A stretch of DNA of 55,488 bases, taken from positions 1 through 55,488 of the IMG/VR virus record IMGVR_UViG_3300037586_002804. One strand, 5' to 3'. Source of the DNA: a virus. Taxonomy: Duplodnaviria > Caudoviricetes. Both the position numbers and the translations under genes were made by a program. The notes beneath the pieces were generated by a model. It did no database searches. It worked only from the letters and a program-made list of their open reading frames with translations, and was not told the DNA's origin. Positions 16,174-25,542 of this stretch are shown here, piece after piece. Each line of letters starts with the position of its first letter. Position 1 is the first letter of the stretch.

Positions 16174-16383
16174 CACTTTCTTTTACTTATTATTGAAAAA
16201 TTACGATGAGATATCCAGCAAGATTCGGCTCCGATATCAACCCAGACAACAACGATGTAGGGTCCGTAGTGATAAGGTTCTCCATCTGCCCAATACACAT
16301 TCTTCACAAGACCGATGTGTCCGTTATCATTTGAGCGAACGAGATCTCCAACTTCGATTTTCTCTTTCGACTCTATGATTCAT
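16170..16383 (-). pseudogene. VGDLV-family cassette lacking an in-frame canonical start (frameshift or non-canonical start)
   Basis: Open frame IEVGDLVRSNDNGHIGLV...VVVWVD...FSIISKRKC*; nearest ATG (16383) is one base out of frame. Confidence 0.55.
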
Positions 16384-17056
16384 GTTTCCTAAGCCTCGCA
16401 ATACCATCTTTGATCTCGACATATGTCATGTGATAAACCCAGTCTCCCGAATTAACATATGTCTTAATTACTTGATTCTCATCTACCCAAATGACGCACT
16501 CCGGCTTGTGTGAGTGTCCCATAATGAACACATCCACATCACTATTTAGGTTAATGATGTCCCAAATGCGAATAAGTTTTCGTTTTTTAATATTTCGATT
16601 TGCCCACCATGATGTCAGATCAATTTTGAAAGTCCTTTCAATCCAATCCTGACAGAGAGATATCATCTTAATCAAGAAACCTTCGGTATGTCGATGGAGC
16701 CAAGAAAGATCATACTCATCCCCATGAACTATTCTGAACTTTCTTGGGCTTCTCCCTTCTGCAGCTTCGATAAACTCGTGCTTGCTCATAAACTCAACGT
16801 TGCCGACATAACAATTTACACAGTCTTCAAAAGCAATATCATGATTTCCAACGATATAGATAATGCGCTCAAATTTCTGAAGAGAACGGAGAATCCGGAT
16901 AGACGATGGCGTGAACGAAGGAATCTTTATGAAGTCGATGACATCTCCGGCAAGAATAAGCTCATCGCATTCAATACCATCAAGGAATTCCGCCAACTGC
17001 ACCTCCTTACAATAAGAGGAACCAATATGGAGATCCGATATAATTATCCTTTTCAT
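16373..17056 (-). CDS. Calcineurin-like metallophosphoesterase (LpxH/YbbF-like)
   Basis: ISDLHIG, LAGDVID, VGNHD, VHGD, MGHSH, NSGDW. Confidence 0.88.
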   Translation of the reverse strand: MKRIIISDLHIGSSYCKEVQLAEFLDGIECDELILAGDVIDFIKIPSFTPSSIRILRSLQKFERIIYIVGNHDIAFEDCVNCYVGNVEFMSKHEFIEAAEGRSPRKFRIVHGDEYDLSWLHRHTEGFLIKMISLCQDWIERTFKIDLTSWWANRNIKKRKLIRIWDIINLNSDVDVFIMGHSHKPECVIWVDENQVIKTYVNSGDWVYHMTYVEIKDGIARLRKHES

Positions 17057-17268
17057 TTCTTCGTCCAAATGGGAGCTTGGAAAGAAGGCTCAAATGAACT
17101 GCTCTCATGAGCAGAATCAGAGATATCAGAGAGTTCAGAGTTCTGTCTTGTTAACGAATCACAAGCAGAGACAATGGCAAAACGCAACGCCTTATTCTCT
17201 GCCTCTAGTTCGCAAACTTTTTTCTCTAAACTCTCAATGAGTTCTTTAATGTCATTGATTTCTTTCAT
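17053..17268 (-). CDS. Small coiled-coil protein
   Basis: Heptad pattern; ATGA overlap with next gene. Confidence 0.6.
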   Translation of the reverse strand: MKEINDIKELIESLEKKVCELEAENKALRFAIVSACDSLTRQNSELSDISDSAHESSSFEPSFQAPIWTKK

Positions 17269-17293
17269 TTAATTGTTGGTTTATATTTGAAAA

Positions 17294-17488
17294 TTAGCGG
17301 GCAGAGGCAACTTGATATGCCATTATCCATATGATAGATTCTAAAGAACCATCGTCGGAGTCTCCGTCAAGCTTCACCGAATATATCCCCGGACGAACGC
17401 AGGCAACAATAGTTCCAGACTTATCATAAAATACAGATGTTTTGTCGAAAACAGTTACCCTATTGCCGACTCTAAACGCGCCGTTCAT
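17294..17488 (-). CDS. SH3/KOW-like family mini-protein
   Basis: FRVGNRV...GTIV...YSVKLD. Confidence 0.7.
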   Translation of the reverse strand: MNGAFRVGNRVTVFDKTSVFYDKSGTIVACVRPGIYSVKLDGDSDDGSLESIIWIMAYQVASAR

Positions 17489-17892
17489 TTTTCAATATTC
17501 CCTCCAGCTTCCGATTTAAATTTAATCTCGACTTCTTCCCTAAACACCCAGTAATCTACACCCTCGACAAGAATCACAATAAGTTCGCTATAGCATATAC
17601 CGAGAGGATTTGGGCTGTCCACGGGTTTCGAAGACTTTTTGTTGATTCTATCACCATCGAGATTATACTCATAGTCGCACACTTTTTCTGCATCTATCTT
17701 ATTCTCAGCGCCTTGGGGGGCGTTAGTATCGGCATTGGCATTGGCATATGTTGTAAATTCCTTATTCAAAGGACGGACATCAACGACGAGTCCAAGTTTG
17801 CCGTAGGGAAACGTTGGTGGGCGATATATCCCATCGCCGTCTGCTACTTCTGACCATTCCATTACCTCAACTAAGTCGCCAACGCCTATCAA
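17485..17892 (-). CDS. VGDLV-family protein with insertion
   Basis: IGVGDLV...LGLVV...WVFREEVEI. Confidence 0.7.
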   Translation of the reverse strand: MIGVGDLVEVMEWSEVADGDGIYRPPTFPYGKLGLVVDVRPLNKEFTTYANANADTNAPQGAENKIDAEKVCDYEYNLDGDRINKKSSKPVDSPNPLGICYSELIVILVEGVDYWVFREEVEIKFKSEAGGNIEK

Positions 17893-17954
17893 CTACAACG
17901 CCCTCCGGATTTATACCAATAAATAGGGAGCTATCTTGATAAGAGAGACTTTTA

Positions 17955-18224
17955 TTAAGCCTCGAAGGAGCCCAAAAAGACTTGGCGATTAATATCACCC
18001 TGGAGCTTGACAAGTTCTGCCATCTCTTGACAATCTCCGCTCATAATTGCGTCGAGGGACGCTCGCTCAAGCCTCTCCATTACGGGAGCATACCGAAGCA
18101 TGATAGAAGATGTTGACATCATTTCGGCAAATTCACGGGCACTCTGTTCGGATTTCTCGAAAGGGCTTAATTCCGTTAGAGCGGTAGGTGGGCTGTAATT
18201 AATATTTGTTTTTTTATTTGACAT
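17955..18224 (-). CDS. Hypothetical protein
   Basis: SD GGAG; operonic. Confidence 0.6.
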   Translation of the reverse strand: MSNKKTNINYSPPTALTELSPFEKSEQSAREFAEMMSTSSIMLRYAPVMERLERASLDAIMSGDCQEMAELVKLQGDINRQVFLGSFEA

Positions 18225-18477
18225 TTTTGATTTCTCCTGTTTTTTTATTTATTCTCATTTCAATTGATTTAGTTTTGGAGTCGATGCTTCCCGATGCCGC
18301 AAGGACGGAAGAGGCTACGAGGACGAGATCGTCAATCAGGAAGTCGTGTGGCGAGCCGTTGGGCATTAAAATTTTGGCACAAGGTTTGTCTCCTATCTGG
18401 TGGACGCGGAGGGCGACACCGAGAGATGAGGATGGCATATACGTCCAATTCACCAAGTCGCCTTGCTTTATTGTCAT
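18214..18477 (-). CDS. GDLV-family mini-protein
   Basis: Start revised to MTIKQGDLV (SD GAGG). Confidence 0.65.
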   Translation of the reverse strand: MTIKQGDLVNWTYMPSSSLGVALRVHQIGDKPCAKILMPNGSPHDFLIDDLVLVASSVLAASGSIDSKTKSIEMRINKKTGEIKNVK

Positions 18478-18484
18478 TGATTCC

Positions 18485-19279
18485 TCACTTGATACGAGCA
18501 GACTTGAGATAACGCTCTTCGATGATAAGGGTGGATGCGGCTCCAAATGGTAGGATTTGATAAATTTTCGCGCCAAGGGCTGGGGTTCGTGGATATGCCG
18601 CGTTCACTTTCACAACCACACCTGCTTTCTTAAAAGTGCGGCGGGCGCTGCCGGGGGCTGTTGCTCGAAGTGAAACATACTCACCTAACTCAAACTTCGG
18701 AGAATCATACCAGGCAGAAAGAATCTTCTTAGCATATTTATTGCCCGTGATTTTGGTGAACTGTTCATGGGATGGAACAAACTCACTATTAGAAAGGATG
18801 TTCTGAGACAAAGCGCTGAAGTATCCCGCTGCAGAATAGTAGGTAGCGCAAATCTTAGCCATCTCCTGCATCCGGCTATCGCCACTATATTCAGATATCC
18901 ACTTGGCTTTACTCGCGATAGCTTTATCAGAATGTCGATGTTCAATCTTCTTAAGAACTTTGATTTGATTATCGGACAGCATCCGTCCGCGAGCAACTTG
19001 AAGGGCGAGACTTTCCACGAAGCCTGCATCCCAGGTGCCCTTGCTGACGCGGAGTCCAAGAGCAGAGAGGCGCTCATTCATGGGGTTCTCTGCCGCTTTG
19101 GCAAGGTTCTCGTCGCTATATCGCTCCTCAAGGCGGCGGACTGCTGCAGCCCGTCCTGCGGACAGGGAGCGCTTCTTGGAGTAATGATTAGTAAGGCTCT
19201 CAACAAATCCCTTATCATAATCAGACAAAGGTTTTTTGGCGAGAGCTTCAAGACGGTTGGCATAAGTGATGCGAGCCAT
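18485..19279 (-). CDS. Hypothetical protein with C-terminal SH3/KOW-like domain; paralog of 30826..31503
   Basis: Shared FVP..QF...T.NKY..K.L....P.F....YVSLR...Y.IL......I.EER.LK. Confidence 0.72.
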   Translation of the reverse strand: MARITYANRLEALAKKPLSDYDKGFVESLTNHYSKKRSLSAGRAAAVRRLEERYSDENLAKAAENPMNERLSALGLRVSKGTWDAGFVESLALQVARGRMLSDNQIKVLKKIEHRHSDKAIASKAKWISEYSGDSRMQEMAKICATYYSAAGYFSALSQNILSNSEFVPSHEQFTKITGNKYAKKILSAWYDSPKFELGEYVSLRATAPGSARRTFKKAGVVVKVNAAYPRTPALGAKIYQILPFGAASTLIIEERYLKSARIK

Positions 19280-19309
19280 TATTCATTCCTGTTCTTTATT
19301 AACATATAT

Positions 19310-19363
19310 AATATAGCAAGAAACTGCAGCTAATGCAAGTTCTATATGTCAAGTAATTGTCAA
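19310..19363 (-). promoter_or_regulatory. Promoter with upstream tandem TTGACA-N5-TTGACA
   Basis: TTGACA ATTAC TTGACA-N8-TTGCAT-N17-TATATT. Confidence 0.65.
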
Positions 19364-19620
19364 GGCTTTACTTTGATTGCCCATATTGGCAAGACTCCCT
19401 CTGAAGATAACCCACTTGGCTGCCTCCAAGATACTGTTGCCCATGTTTCTACATTTTTAGAATATTCGCTCTCTCGAAGATAAACATTGATCACGGTGCC
19501 AACCATTCCCCTATCATAGTCGGACTGCGGATCTGCTAACACAACCACATCCCCATCGGTGATAGTTATTTGAGCATCTTTATCCAAAATGCCAGTCTTG
19601 TCGTTGTCAACCTTCTTCAC
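19360..19620 (-). CDS. SH3/KOW-like family mini-protein
   Basis: ITDGDVV...VGTVI...ATVSW. Confidence 0.65.
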   Translation of the reverse strand: MKKVDNDKTGILDKDAQITITDGDVVVLADPQSDYDRGMVGTVINVYLRESEYSKNVETWATVSWRQPSGLSSEGVLPIWAIKVKP

Positions 19621-20864
19621 TTATGCTCTTCCACCATTTGCTTGAGCCTCTTTAGCCCTTCTTCTATATTTAATATATCTGGTCCATATGATAGGCGCAA
19701 GTAGTTTTTGAATCTGGAGCCTGCTTTTTTCATTCTCTTTCCCGGATTTACATCGAAGGCTGATCCCGGTATGGTTATCACCCTCCTCTTCATTGCTTCG
19801 TTTAAGAAGTCTTCTCCGGTGTTTATGCCGTCAGGAAGGTTAGAGACATTTATCCACATATAGAAAGATCCTTCTGGCTCTCTATCAAATGTTATTCCCA
19901 TTTCTTTTAATTCTCGCACCATTAGTTGGCGCTTCTTGTCAAAGGCGAGTTGGAGTGCCTTGGTTTCTTTGGTGACGTTCTCTGGTGTGAGGAGAGGGAT
20001 ACACGCTCGCTGTATTGGGCGGGGAGCACCTCCGTCAAGAAAGGAGCCTGCGGAGTTGATAGACTTAATAACTTCTTTCGAGGCGACAACCCAAGCGACG
20101 CGCCATCCTGGGTATCTCTGGTTCTTGCCTACGCCGTTCACTATTAGTGCTCCGTCTGTTTCGATGTCGTGGATGTGCTGTGCTGATGATAGAGTCTCTC
20201 CGTGCCCTACCTTGTCGTAGACATATGAAGAGTAGAACTCGTCAAAGATAATAGAGCAGTCTAAGTCTCGCCCTGCATCTACCCAACCTTTCAGTTCTTC
20301 GCCAGCAATGACGGCACCTGTTGGGTTGCAAGGGTTGCTTACAAGCAGTGCAGATAGCCCTCTGCCCTGTATTTCTTCTCTTAGTTCATCAACTGTGAAC
20401 GAGTAGCCAGTTTCTGGCTTGAGCATAATGGGAATTGTATTGAAGTCTGCGAATGTTGTTAGGAGTTCTTCGTAGGCTGTGTAGTCTGGAAGGAAGTGTC
20501 CGACGTTGCATCGTCCGATAGAGGCGAAGAGGCGAGTTAGTGCCGCCCTTCCTCCTGCTGCGACGGAAATGTTTTCAAAGGTGAACTTGTGTTCCTTGTC
20601 TTGGCGATAGAGTTCGTTGTACATCTCTGCTATGGCTTGGCGTAGTTCTTTTAGCCCTCCGACTGGTGCGTATTCCTGGTCTAGTTCAGACACTGGGATA
20701 TTGCCTATTCTCTCGACTCCACCTTCTAACATACCTGTTTCTGCTTGACCCTGAGCCATCGTTACCCAATTTTTGTTTCCACGATAGAAACCCAACTTTG
20801 CTGCTTTGCCGTTGGCGTAAATAACTCCCGTCATCGGGACTTTCTTGAATGCGTCGTTGCCCAT
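19617..20864 (-). CDS. PLP-dependent aminotransferase class I/II
   Basis: Y.PVGG..ELR, NPCNPTG, DEFYS, GKNQRYPGWRVAW (PLP lysine), PEGSFY, YLRLSY. Confidence 0.9.
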   Translation of the reverse strand: MGNDAFKKVPMTGVIYANGKAAKLGFYRGNKNWVTMAQGQAETGMLEGGVERIGNIPVSELDQEYAPVGGLKELRQAIAEMYNELYRQDKEHKFTFENISVAAGGRAALTRLFASIGRCNVGHFLPDYTAYEELLTTFADFNTIPIMLKPETGYSFTVDELREEIQGRGLSALLVSNPCNPTGAVIAGEELKGWVDAGRDLDCSIIFDEFYSSYVYDKVGHGETLSSAQHIHDIETDGALIVNGVGKNQRYPGWRVAWVVASKEVIKSINSAGSFLDGGAPRPIQRACIPLLTPENVTKETKALQLAFDKKRQLMVRELKEMGITFDREPEGSFYMWINVSNLPDGINTGEDFLNEAMKRRVITIPGSAFDVNPGKRMKKAGSRFKNYLRLSYGPDILNIEEGLKRLKQMVEEHK

Positions 20865-20901
20865 CTACTCTTCCTTTTCTATTGGTTTCCCATAACTAGT
20901 T

Positions 20902-21204
20902 TCAGTCTCGACTATCTTGTCGCCCTTTCTTATGTTCGCCAATTATTTCAATATATCTAAAGAGTTCAAAATTAAATATCCAGTCAGACTGTCCATTCTT
21001 TAATATTCTTAAGTGCAGTCCCGGCTGCATCGCTTCATTTCGTGGACTCTCCAGCACTTCAAGTACGAGAGCGTATTCCCACTTACTCTCATCACCTGGA
21101 AGTCCGCGATAGTCATGCCCATATATCAATTCCAGAGGAAGAGGCTTCCATCGAATATAATCACCTCTCTTGATTTTGCCGATTGTTGCCCTATTGTCGG
21201 ACAT
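20902..21204 (-). CDS. SH3/KOW-like family protein
   Basis: IKRGDYI...ALVL...IEII; start uncertain. Confidence 0.6.
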   Translation of the reverse strand: MSDNRATIGKIKRGDYIRWKPLPLELIYGHDYRGLPGDESKWEYALVLEVLESPRNEAMQPGLHLRILKNGQSDWIFNFELFRYIEIIGEHKKGRQDSRD

Positions 21205-21448
21205 CTTGCCACTGCCCAACCCTCAATACCTGCAGTTCCCCCAATTCCACCAACAGATCCAAAGAAAGCCAAAAGGATTGCTTGTATCCAGAGTCAAGCA
21301 GAAGAATTATTCTCCCGTCCATGTCTTTTTCAAATCTCGCATCCATCACCAGTCCGTAGGAATATTCCCTTTTTTGCATGTCTATATATCCCATTGGATA
21401 TAGCCACCTTACATAATCTCCTACTCTAATATCTCGACTTGTTTCCAC
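21191..21448 (-). CDS. SH3/KOW-like family protein
   Basis: IRVGDYV...YGLV...LQVL. Confidence 0.65.
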   Translation of the reverse strand: METSRDIRVGDYVRWLYPMGYIDMQKREYSYGLVMDARFEKDMDGRIILLLDSGYKQSFWLSLDLLVELGELQVLRVGQWQDVRQ

Positions 21449-21452
21449 GCAC

Positions 21453-21827
21453 CTATGCAGTTCCGTCAGAATCAGTTTCCACTTCCGGCAATGTCACTTC
21501 TTTTGTCCCATTGGGAAGATAGGTGTGTTGCTCGCCGTCTTCGAAAGTGATAATCGTTTTGTTCGCCAAATGGCTCTCGACATGGATTTCCAAAAAATCT
21601 CGTAGAGAATCGAAAATAGCAATGCTGCCATTTTTCGCTGGCAAGAGCCAGTGCGCAACACATTGTCCGGTGGCGTAAACAACACCCTCGACGACAACTC
21701 CTGTTCCGGAGATTCCTGTCTCGTCGGACTGACGACACATTGTAAAAGTCCTGATTCCCCTTGGTGCAAGTTTTGCAGGCGGGCGGGGCTTCAAATCTTC
21801 CTCTTCTTGTCTTTTATTCTCTTCCAT
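21453..21827 (-). CDS. Conserved phage hypothetical protein
   Basis: R..DETGISGTGVVVEGV...G..V.HW...S..IFDS....H motif; SD GAGG. Confidence 0.7.
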   Translation of the reverse strand: MEENKRQEEEDLKPRPPAKLAPRGIRTFTMCRQSDETGISGTGVVVEGVVYATGQCVAHWLLPAKNGSIAIFDSLRDFLEIHVESHLANKTIITFEDGEQHTYLPNGTKEVTLPEVETDSDGTA

Positions 21828-22239
21828 AATCATCCTCGATTCGAACCATTTCTTGTCTGTCTGAATTGGAGGAATTTCCAATTTCGACTATCTTTACGTC
21901 AGTAATCGCAGTGAGGCGATAGGGGCATCCTGACTGAACATTCAAAGCATCTCCGGTGGAGAGTACTCGACTTTCAAATGGATATTGCACTGGATCCTTT
22001 AATGATAGCTCTGTTCCATATTCCGCTTCGACTGTGCCGGCAAGAACAAATAGACACTCATCCTTCAGCACATTTAACTTCAAGCTATTTCGGGAACCCT
22101 CCTTCATATAGAGTATTTTTCCACGAACGGAAGGGAGTGCGGACCAGATAACCTCATGTCCCCACGGCATTTCATCTATTTTAGACTTTGATACCCAAGA
22201 ACTCTTAACATGCTTAGTTATTTTCATCGTTGACATCAA
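21814..22239 (-). CDS. Cupin-fold protein (mannose-6-phosphate isomerase type II C-terminal-like)
   Basis: PWG.E...GKIL...G.R.SL....KDE.L.VL.G...GD...V..G..YR.TA.....EI; the usual metal-binding His residues appear absent. Confidence 0.7.
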   Translation of the reverse strand: MMSTMKITKHVKSSWVSKSKIDEMPWGHEVIWSALPSVRGKILYMKEGSRNSLKLNVLKDECLFVLAGTVEAEYGTELSLKDPVQYPFESRVLSTGDALNVQSGCPYRLTAITDVKIVEIGNSSNSDRQEMVRIEDDYGRE

Positions 22240-22475
22240 GCCTCTCCGATGGGCTTGGAGGAGAATACAGCAAGACTCTCAATTGCATCGTTCTCCGCTT
22301 CTTTTATCTCTTCCAGCATGTCCCAAAGACTCCCGTTCTCGTCCCGAAGGGATATCAATTCCTCTTTCATCCTAATGTTCTCCTCTTGCAGTTCTCTTAT
22401 TCTATTATAGGGATTTAGTAAATTTACAATGAATTTCATATTATCAACCTCTTGAAAGTACTTCCATCTCGCCAT
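22236..22475 (-). CDS. Small coiled-coil protein
   Basis: Heptad pattern; start uncertain. Confidence 0.6.
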   Translation of the reverse strand: MARWKYFQEVDNMKFIVNLLNPYNRIRELQEENIRMKEELISLRDENGSLWDMLEEIKEAENDAIESLAVFSSKPIGEA

Positions 22476-22677
22476 CTCTAATTAGTTTGCACATTTCATT
22501 TTCGTCAAATGTGAGAGTTCCCATGTTGTGCCCATCTCTGAAAAAGTTTAAAGTATAATGCCACACTTGCTCTTCGCCGAAAAAGACAGGAAAATAATCG
22601 AGAACTATAATACGATAAGTATGATTTTTCTCAACAATCTGTAGCAGTGTGCCTATTGGGTAAACCTCGTTCTTCAC
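22444..22677 (-). CDS. Small beta-barrel-like protein (divergent family member)
   Basis: YPIGTLL...IIVL...MEVLS. Confidence 0.55.
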   Translation of the reverse strand: MKNEVYPIGTLLQIVEKNHTYRIIVLDYFPVFFGEEQVWHYTLNFFRDGHNMGTLTFDENEMCKLIRDGEMEVLSRG

Positions 22678-22741
22678 ACATATAACTACTACTATTATAC
22701 CCTATTGCCTCATATATTTTAAACTTATGTGATGTTTATTT

Positions 22742-23191
22742 TCAAGTTTCTTCGGACGACTCAGAGGTGGAGGCTGCCCACTCCAGGTACGGTGCCACAG
22801 CCGTCGCATCAAGAGAGCACGCGCAGGCGACTGCATCATAGATGCTGTATTCAATATTCCAGCATCTATTGCCTTTTTGCGTTATTTCCACCTCATATTC
22901 TCCTTCAATTAGGTAAATATCTTCATCTTCTGTATATTCCCACTTGGATTGATATGAAAAATAGGGCCACTCTTCGCCTTCTTCAAACTTTATCAGAGTT
23001 CCTCCATCGTAATCAACTTCATGAAGCATAAAACAAGCATCATAGATTTCATCCACAGGAGGACCGCTGACTACTTCCCACCATTTGTTTGTGAAAATGC
23101 TCGAATGAATTTCATTGGCAACATCAGCGGGCGCGGTGTCGGCAGGAATACAGGACACAAGCAAGGAGATCAATGTTAATATTATCGCCAT
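22742..23191 (-). CDS. Predicted lipoprotein
   Basis: Hydrophobic signal ending LVSC. Confidence 0.62.
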   Translation of the reverse strand: MAIILTLISLLVSCIPADTAPADVANEIHSSIFTNKWWEVVSGPPVDEIYDACFMLHEVDYDGGTLIKFEEGEEWPYFSYQSKWEYTEDEDIYLIEGEYEVEITQKGNRCWNIEYSIYDAVACACSLDATAVAPYLEWAASTSESSEET

Positions 23192-23451
23192 TCGAACAAA
23201 AACCTTCCATCTTCATTTTTAAATCGAACACTGCCATCCCACATTCGAACTGCGTACCCTCTCCAGTCACAAACTTCCACCGTGCCTGCTCTCACCTCTG
23301 CTCTTGAAAGAATGCGAGAACAGCTAACATTTCTTCCGCATTTGGCGGGGGCGGTTGCCCCGAGGGTGCCGCTGTATAATCTAAAATGGATGGAAGCCCT
23401 GCACTTCGGACACCTGTTGTTCCACTTCCTCATCTCGTCGAAATCTACCAT
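23182..23451 (-). CDS. Zn-ribbon-like small protein
   Basis: CPKC...C...C.W. Confidence 0.6.
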   Translation of the reverse strand: MVDFDEMRKWNNRCPKCRASIHFRLYSGTLGATAPAKCGRNVSCSRILSRAEVRAGTVEVCDWRGYAVRMWDGSVRFKNEDGRFLFEWR

Positions 23452-23675
23452 AGCACTGCTATTACTCCAAATGCACCCACGGCGATGACTCCGGCAAGGA
23501 TGCCTAAGAGCGCAGCAGAAATGACAAGCAATTTAACGTCTCTCTTGCTCATTCCAAGTTCATAGTTATACTCTTCGTCATCGTGATTATATTGGTGTAA
23601 GTCAGATTCAGATAGTTGATTGAGTGGCTTATTGCTGTCGATCAATCTTAAATGTGGGTGGCTTTCCTCATCCAT
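23445..23675 (-). CDS. Small membrane protein
   Basis: C-terminal hydrophobic helix; SD AGGAG. Confidence 0.6.
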   Translation of the reverse strand: MDEESHPHLRLIDSNKPLNQLSESDLHQYNHDDEEYNYELGMSKRDVKLLVISAALLGILAGVIAVGAFGVIAVLW

Positions 23676-23690
23676 TTTCTGACTCCTCTT

Positions 23691-24668
23691 CTAATTAAAT
23701 GGATTAGGTCTTGCAACAGGCTCCGGTTCCCACGGCAAATATAGATATGCTATTTCAACATGCACTGTCGCCTCTGGGACGACATCAAAGTAGACAGTAT
23801 TATCTGCCGACTCATAGTGCCAATCATTATTAGGAACTCCATCAAGAAATACTCGTATTGATTCTGCGTTGGAGGGAACATAGCTTAACTCATACCACTC
23901 AAAGGGCTTGATTTGGACTGCCGCATCGGCAACGCCTGCGCTCCAATCTTCAGAACAGATATCAACAATGATTCCTCCAAAGTGATTTGTCGCATCGATG
24001 GAATTATATGCTGTATCATAATATGGATTAACATGACATAGAGAGTCTGCAGGATCCAAATGAACTATACTTGCAAGGAAGACACTGGGACGTATAGAGG
24101 AATACCAAGAGGTAAACTCTGCGACAGTCTGGTTGCTTTGATCTTCTTCATCGGACACAAATACAACAAGGAGTGCGGCGTCGTTCCTCATCCAAGTTGG
24201 GGCGTATGTATTTCCTGTCATGTACGTCCTTAGTGCATCGAAACCTTCTTCTAAATGTCCTCGATTTATATTGTCATACATGTCTTTTGCATCTTGAGCG
24301 GAGTCACCAGGGACGAGCGGGAATTGCTGATCTTGTATAACCTTGAGCGGATCGTTGGATATCATGTTCAGTCTCCAGCCGGTTTGGGGAAGAGAATTCA
24401 TCATTGTATCAATTCCAAGTAGAAGCTCCGGTTCGTTGTTTACCATCGAACAAGAAGTATCAATAACCCAGAGAATATCCACGCCATTTACAGACGAAGG
24501 TTGATCAAAGGAGTCCACCCATATCTTCCCCTTGAGAGTGTCAGCATCGTCTCCGGGAACTTCGACAACGATTATTTTCGTCTCATGTTCGCCAATGATT
24601 CCGTAGTCCGGTCCACAAGAAACCGCCATTAACGTGAGAAACAACAATTGACAGACATGTTTGAACAT
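23691..24668 (-). CDS. vWA-like domain lipoprotein
   Basis: Lipobox AVSC; VDILWVIDTSCSM (DxSxS), R.DA.L.VVFVSDEEDQS. Confidence 0.75.
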   Translation of the reverse strand: MFKHVCQLLFLTLMAVSCGPDYGIIGEHETKIIVVEVPGDDADTLKGKIWVDSFDQPSSVNGVDILWVIDTSCSMVNNEPELLLGIDTMMNSLPQTGWRLNMISNDPLKVIQDQQFPLVPGDSAQDAKDMYDNINRGHLEEGFDALRTYMTGNTYAPTWMRNDAALLVVFVSDEEDQSNQTVAEFTSWYSSIRPSVFLASIVHLDPADSLCHVNPYYDTAYNSIDATNHFGGIIVDICSEDWSAGVADAAVQIKPFEWYELSYVPSNAESIRVFLDGVPNNDWHYESADNTVYFDVVPEATVHVEIAYLYLPWEPEPVARPNPFN

Positions 24669-25490
24669 TTATCTCACCTCGACTCCTTGAAGTTCTTGCA
24701 TCAAAGTAAATATCTCAAGCATCTTTGTCAGTCCTTCCAAATCTACACTGCTGGGTGGTGACAACCAAACAACATTTTCATTAAGCTGGGGGTATGGAGA
24801 GAGGCTGTTGCGATTAACATCAATTGCCTTAAGAATTCCTACCAAATTTCCTCGGCTGTCGAATACGGATGAGCCAGAGGCTCCGCCCCACGCATAGGAC
24901 TGTAACACGATGCTTCCATCATTTGCGAATCCACTGATTGTCCCTTGAATTGTAAGCTGCTTGTGATGACCTGGATTTCCAGTATAGACTACATTTTCGC
25001 CAATCAAAGAATCTCTGTCTCCAGAGTATACTTTCAAATCCATTGGAGTTCTTGTCTGAAGAGGCTCTTGGAGGAGCAATACAGAATAGTCGTGCGAACC
25101 CCTGTTATCAAAAGCAAGAATCAATGCTGGCATTGGCTCGCCTTTCGGGGTTGATACCATCACTACTTCTGCTCCGCCGTCTACAACATGTGCAGCAGTT
25201 ATCACAATGTGATGACCATCATGGAGATAGTAAGTTCCTGTCCCTCTCACGCCTCGCTCAAGATTGTGGACTTCCACAGATGCAAGACGAGTCTTTGCTG
25301 CCGTTCTCTTCATCTTTCGAGTAGCGGCTGAAACTTCGGTGGGAGCAATCAATTGAGACACTTCAGGTGTCGATTGCTCAGTCGGTGCGGTAACTGACTG
25401 TGAGCACTGTTCCGATAGAATTTGGGCGTCTCCGCAAGCGAAAATACCTCCAAATAATAATACTAATACTCCCACTAAACGATAAGTCAT
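24669..25490 (-). CDS. Trypsin-like (S1) serine protease, predicted lipoprotein
   Basis: Lipobox IFAC; TAAHV (His), DYSVL (Asp), GASGS (Ser). Confidence 0.85.
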   Translation of the reverse strand: MTYRLVGVLVLLFGGIFACGDAQILSEQCSQSVTAPTEQSTPEVSQLIAPTEVSAATRKMKRTAAKTRLASVEVHNLERGVRGTGTYYLHDGHHIVITAAHVVDGGAEVVMVSTPKGEPMPALILAFDNRGSHDYSVLLLQEPLQTRTPMDLKVYSGDRDSLIGENVVYTGNPGHHKQLTIQGTISGFANDGSIVLQSYAWGGASGSSVFDSRGNLVGILKAIDVNRNSLSPYPQLNENVVWLSPPSSVDLEGLTKMLEIFTLMQELQGVEVR

Positions 25491-25542
25491 AGAACCTCAC
25501 CTCCCTAAAGTATATATGGTGGGGAAGTTCTAAAGCACTTTT

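Noticed and set aside
15983-16378. 131-aa plus-strand ORF with CxxC motifs
   Set aside because: The region is better explained by the minus-strand 40-aa peptide, its promoter and the VGDLV cassette.
22213-22227. MKITK at the start of the cupin gene as another leader copy
   Set aside because: It lacks the following LxQIxxEE part; probably coincidental.
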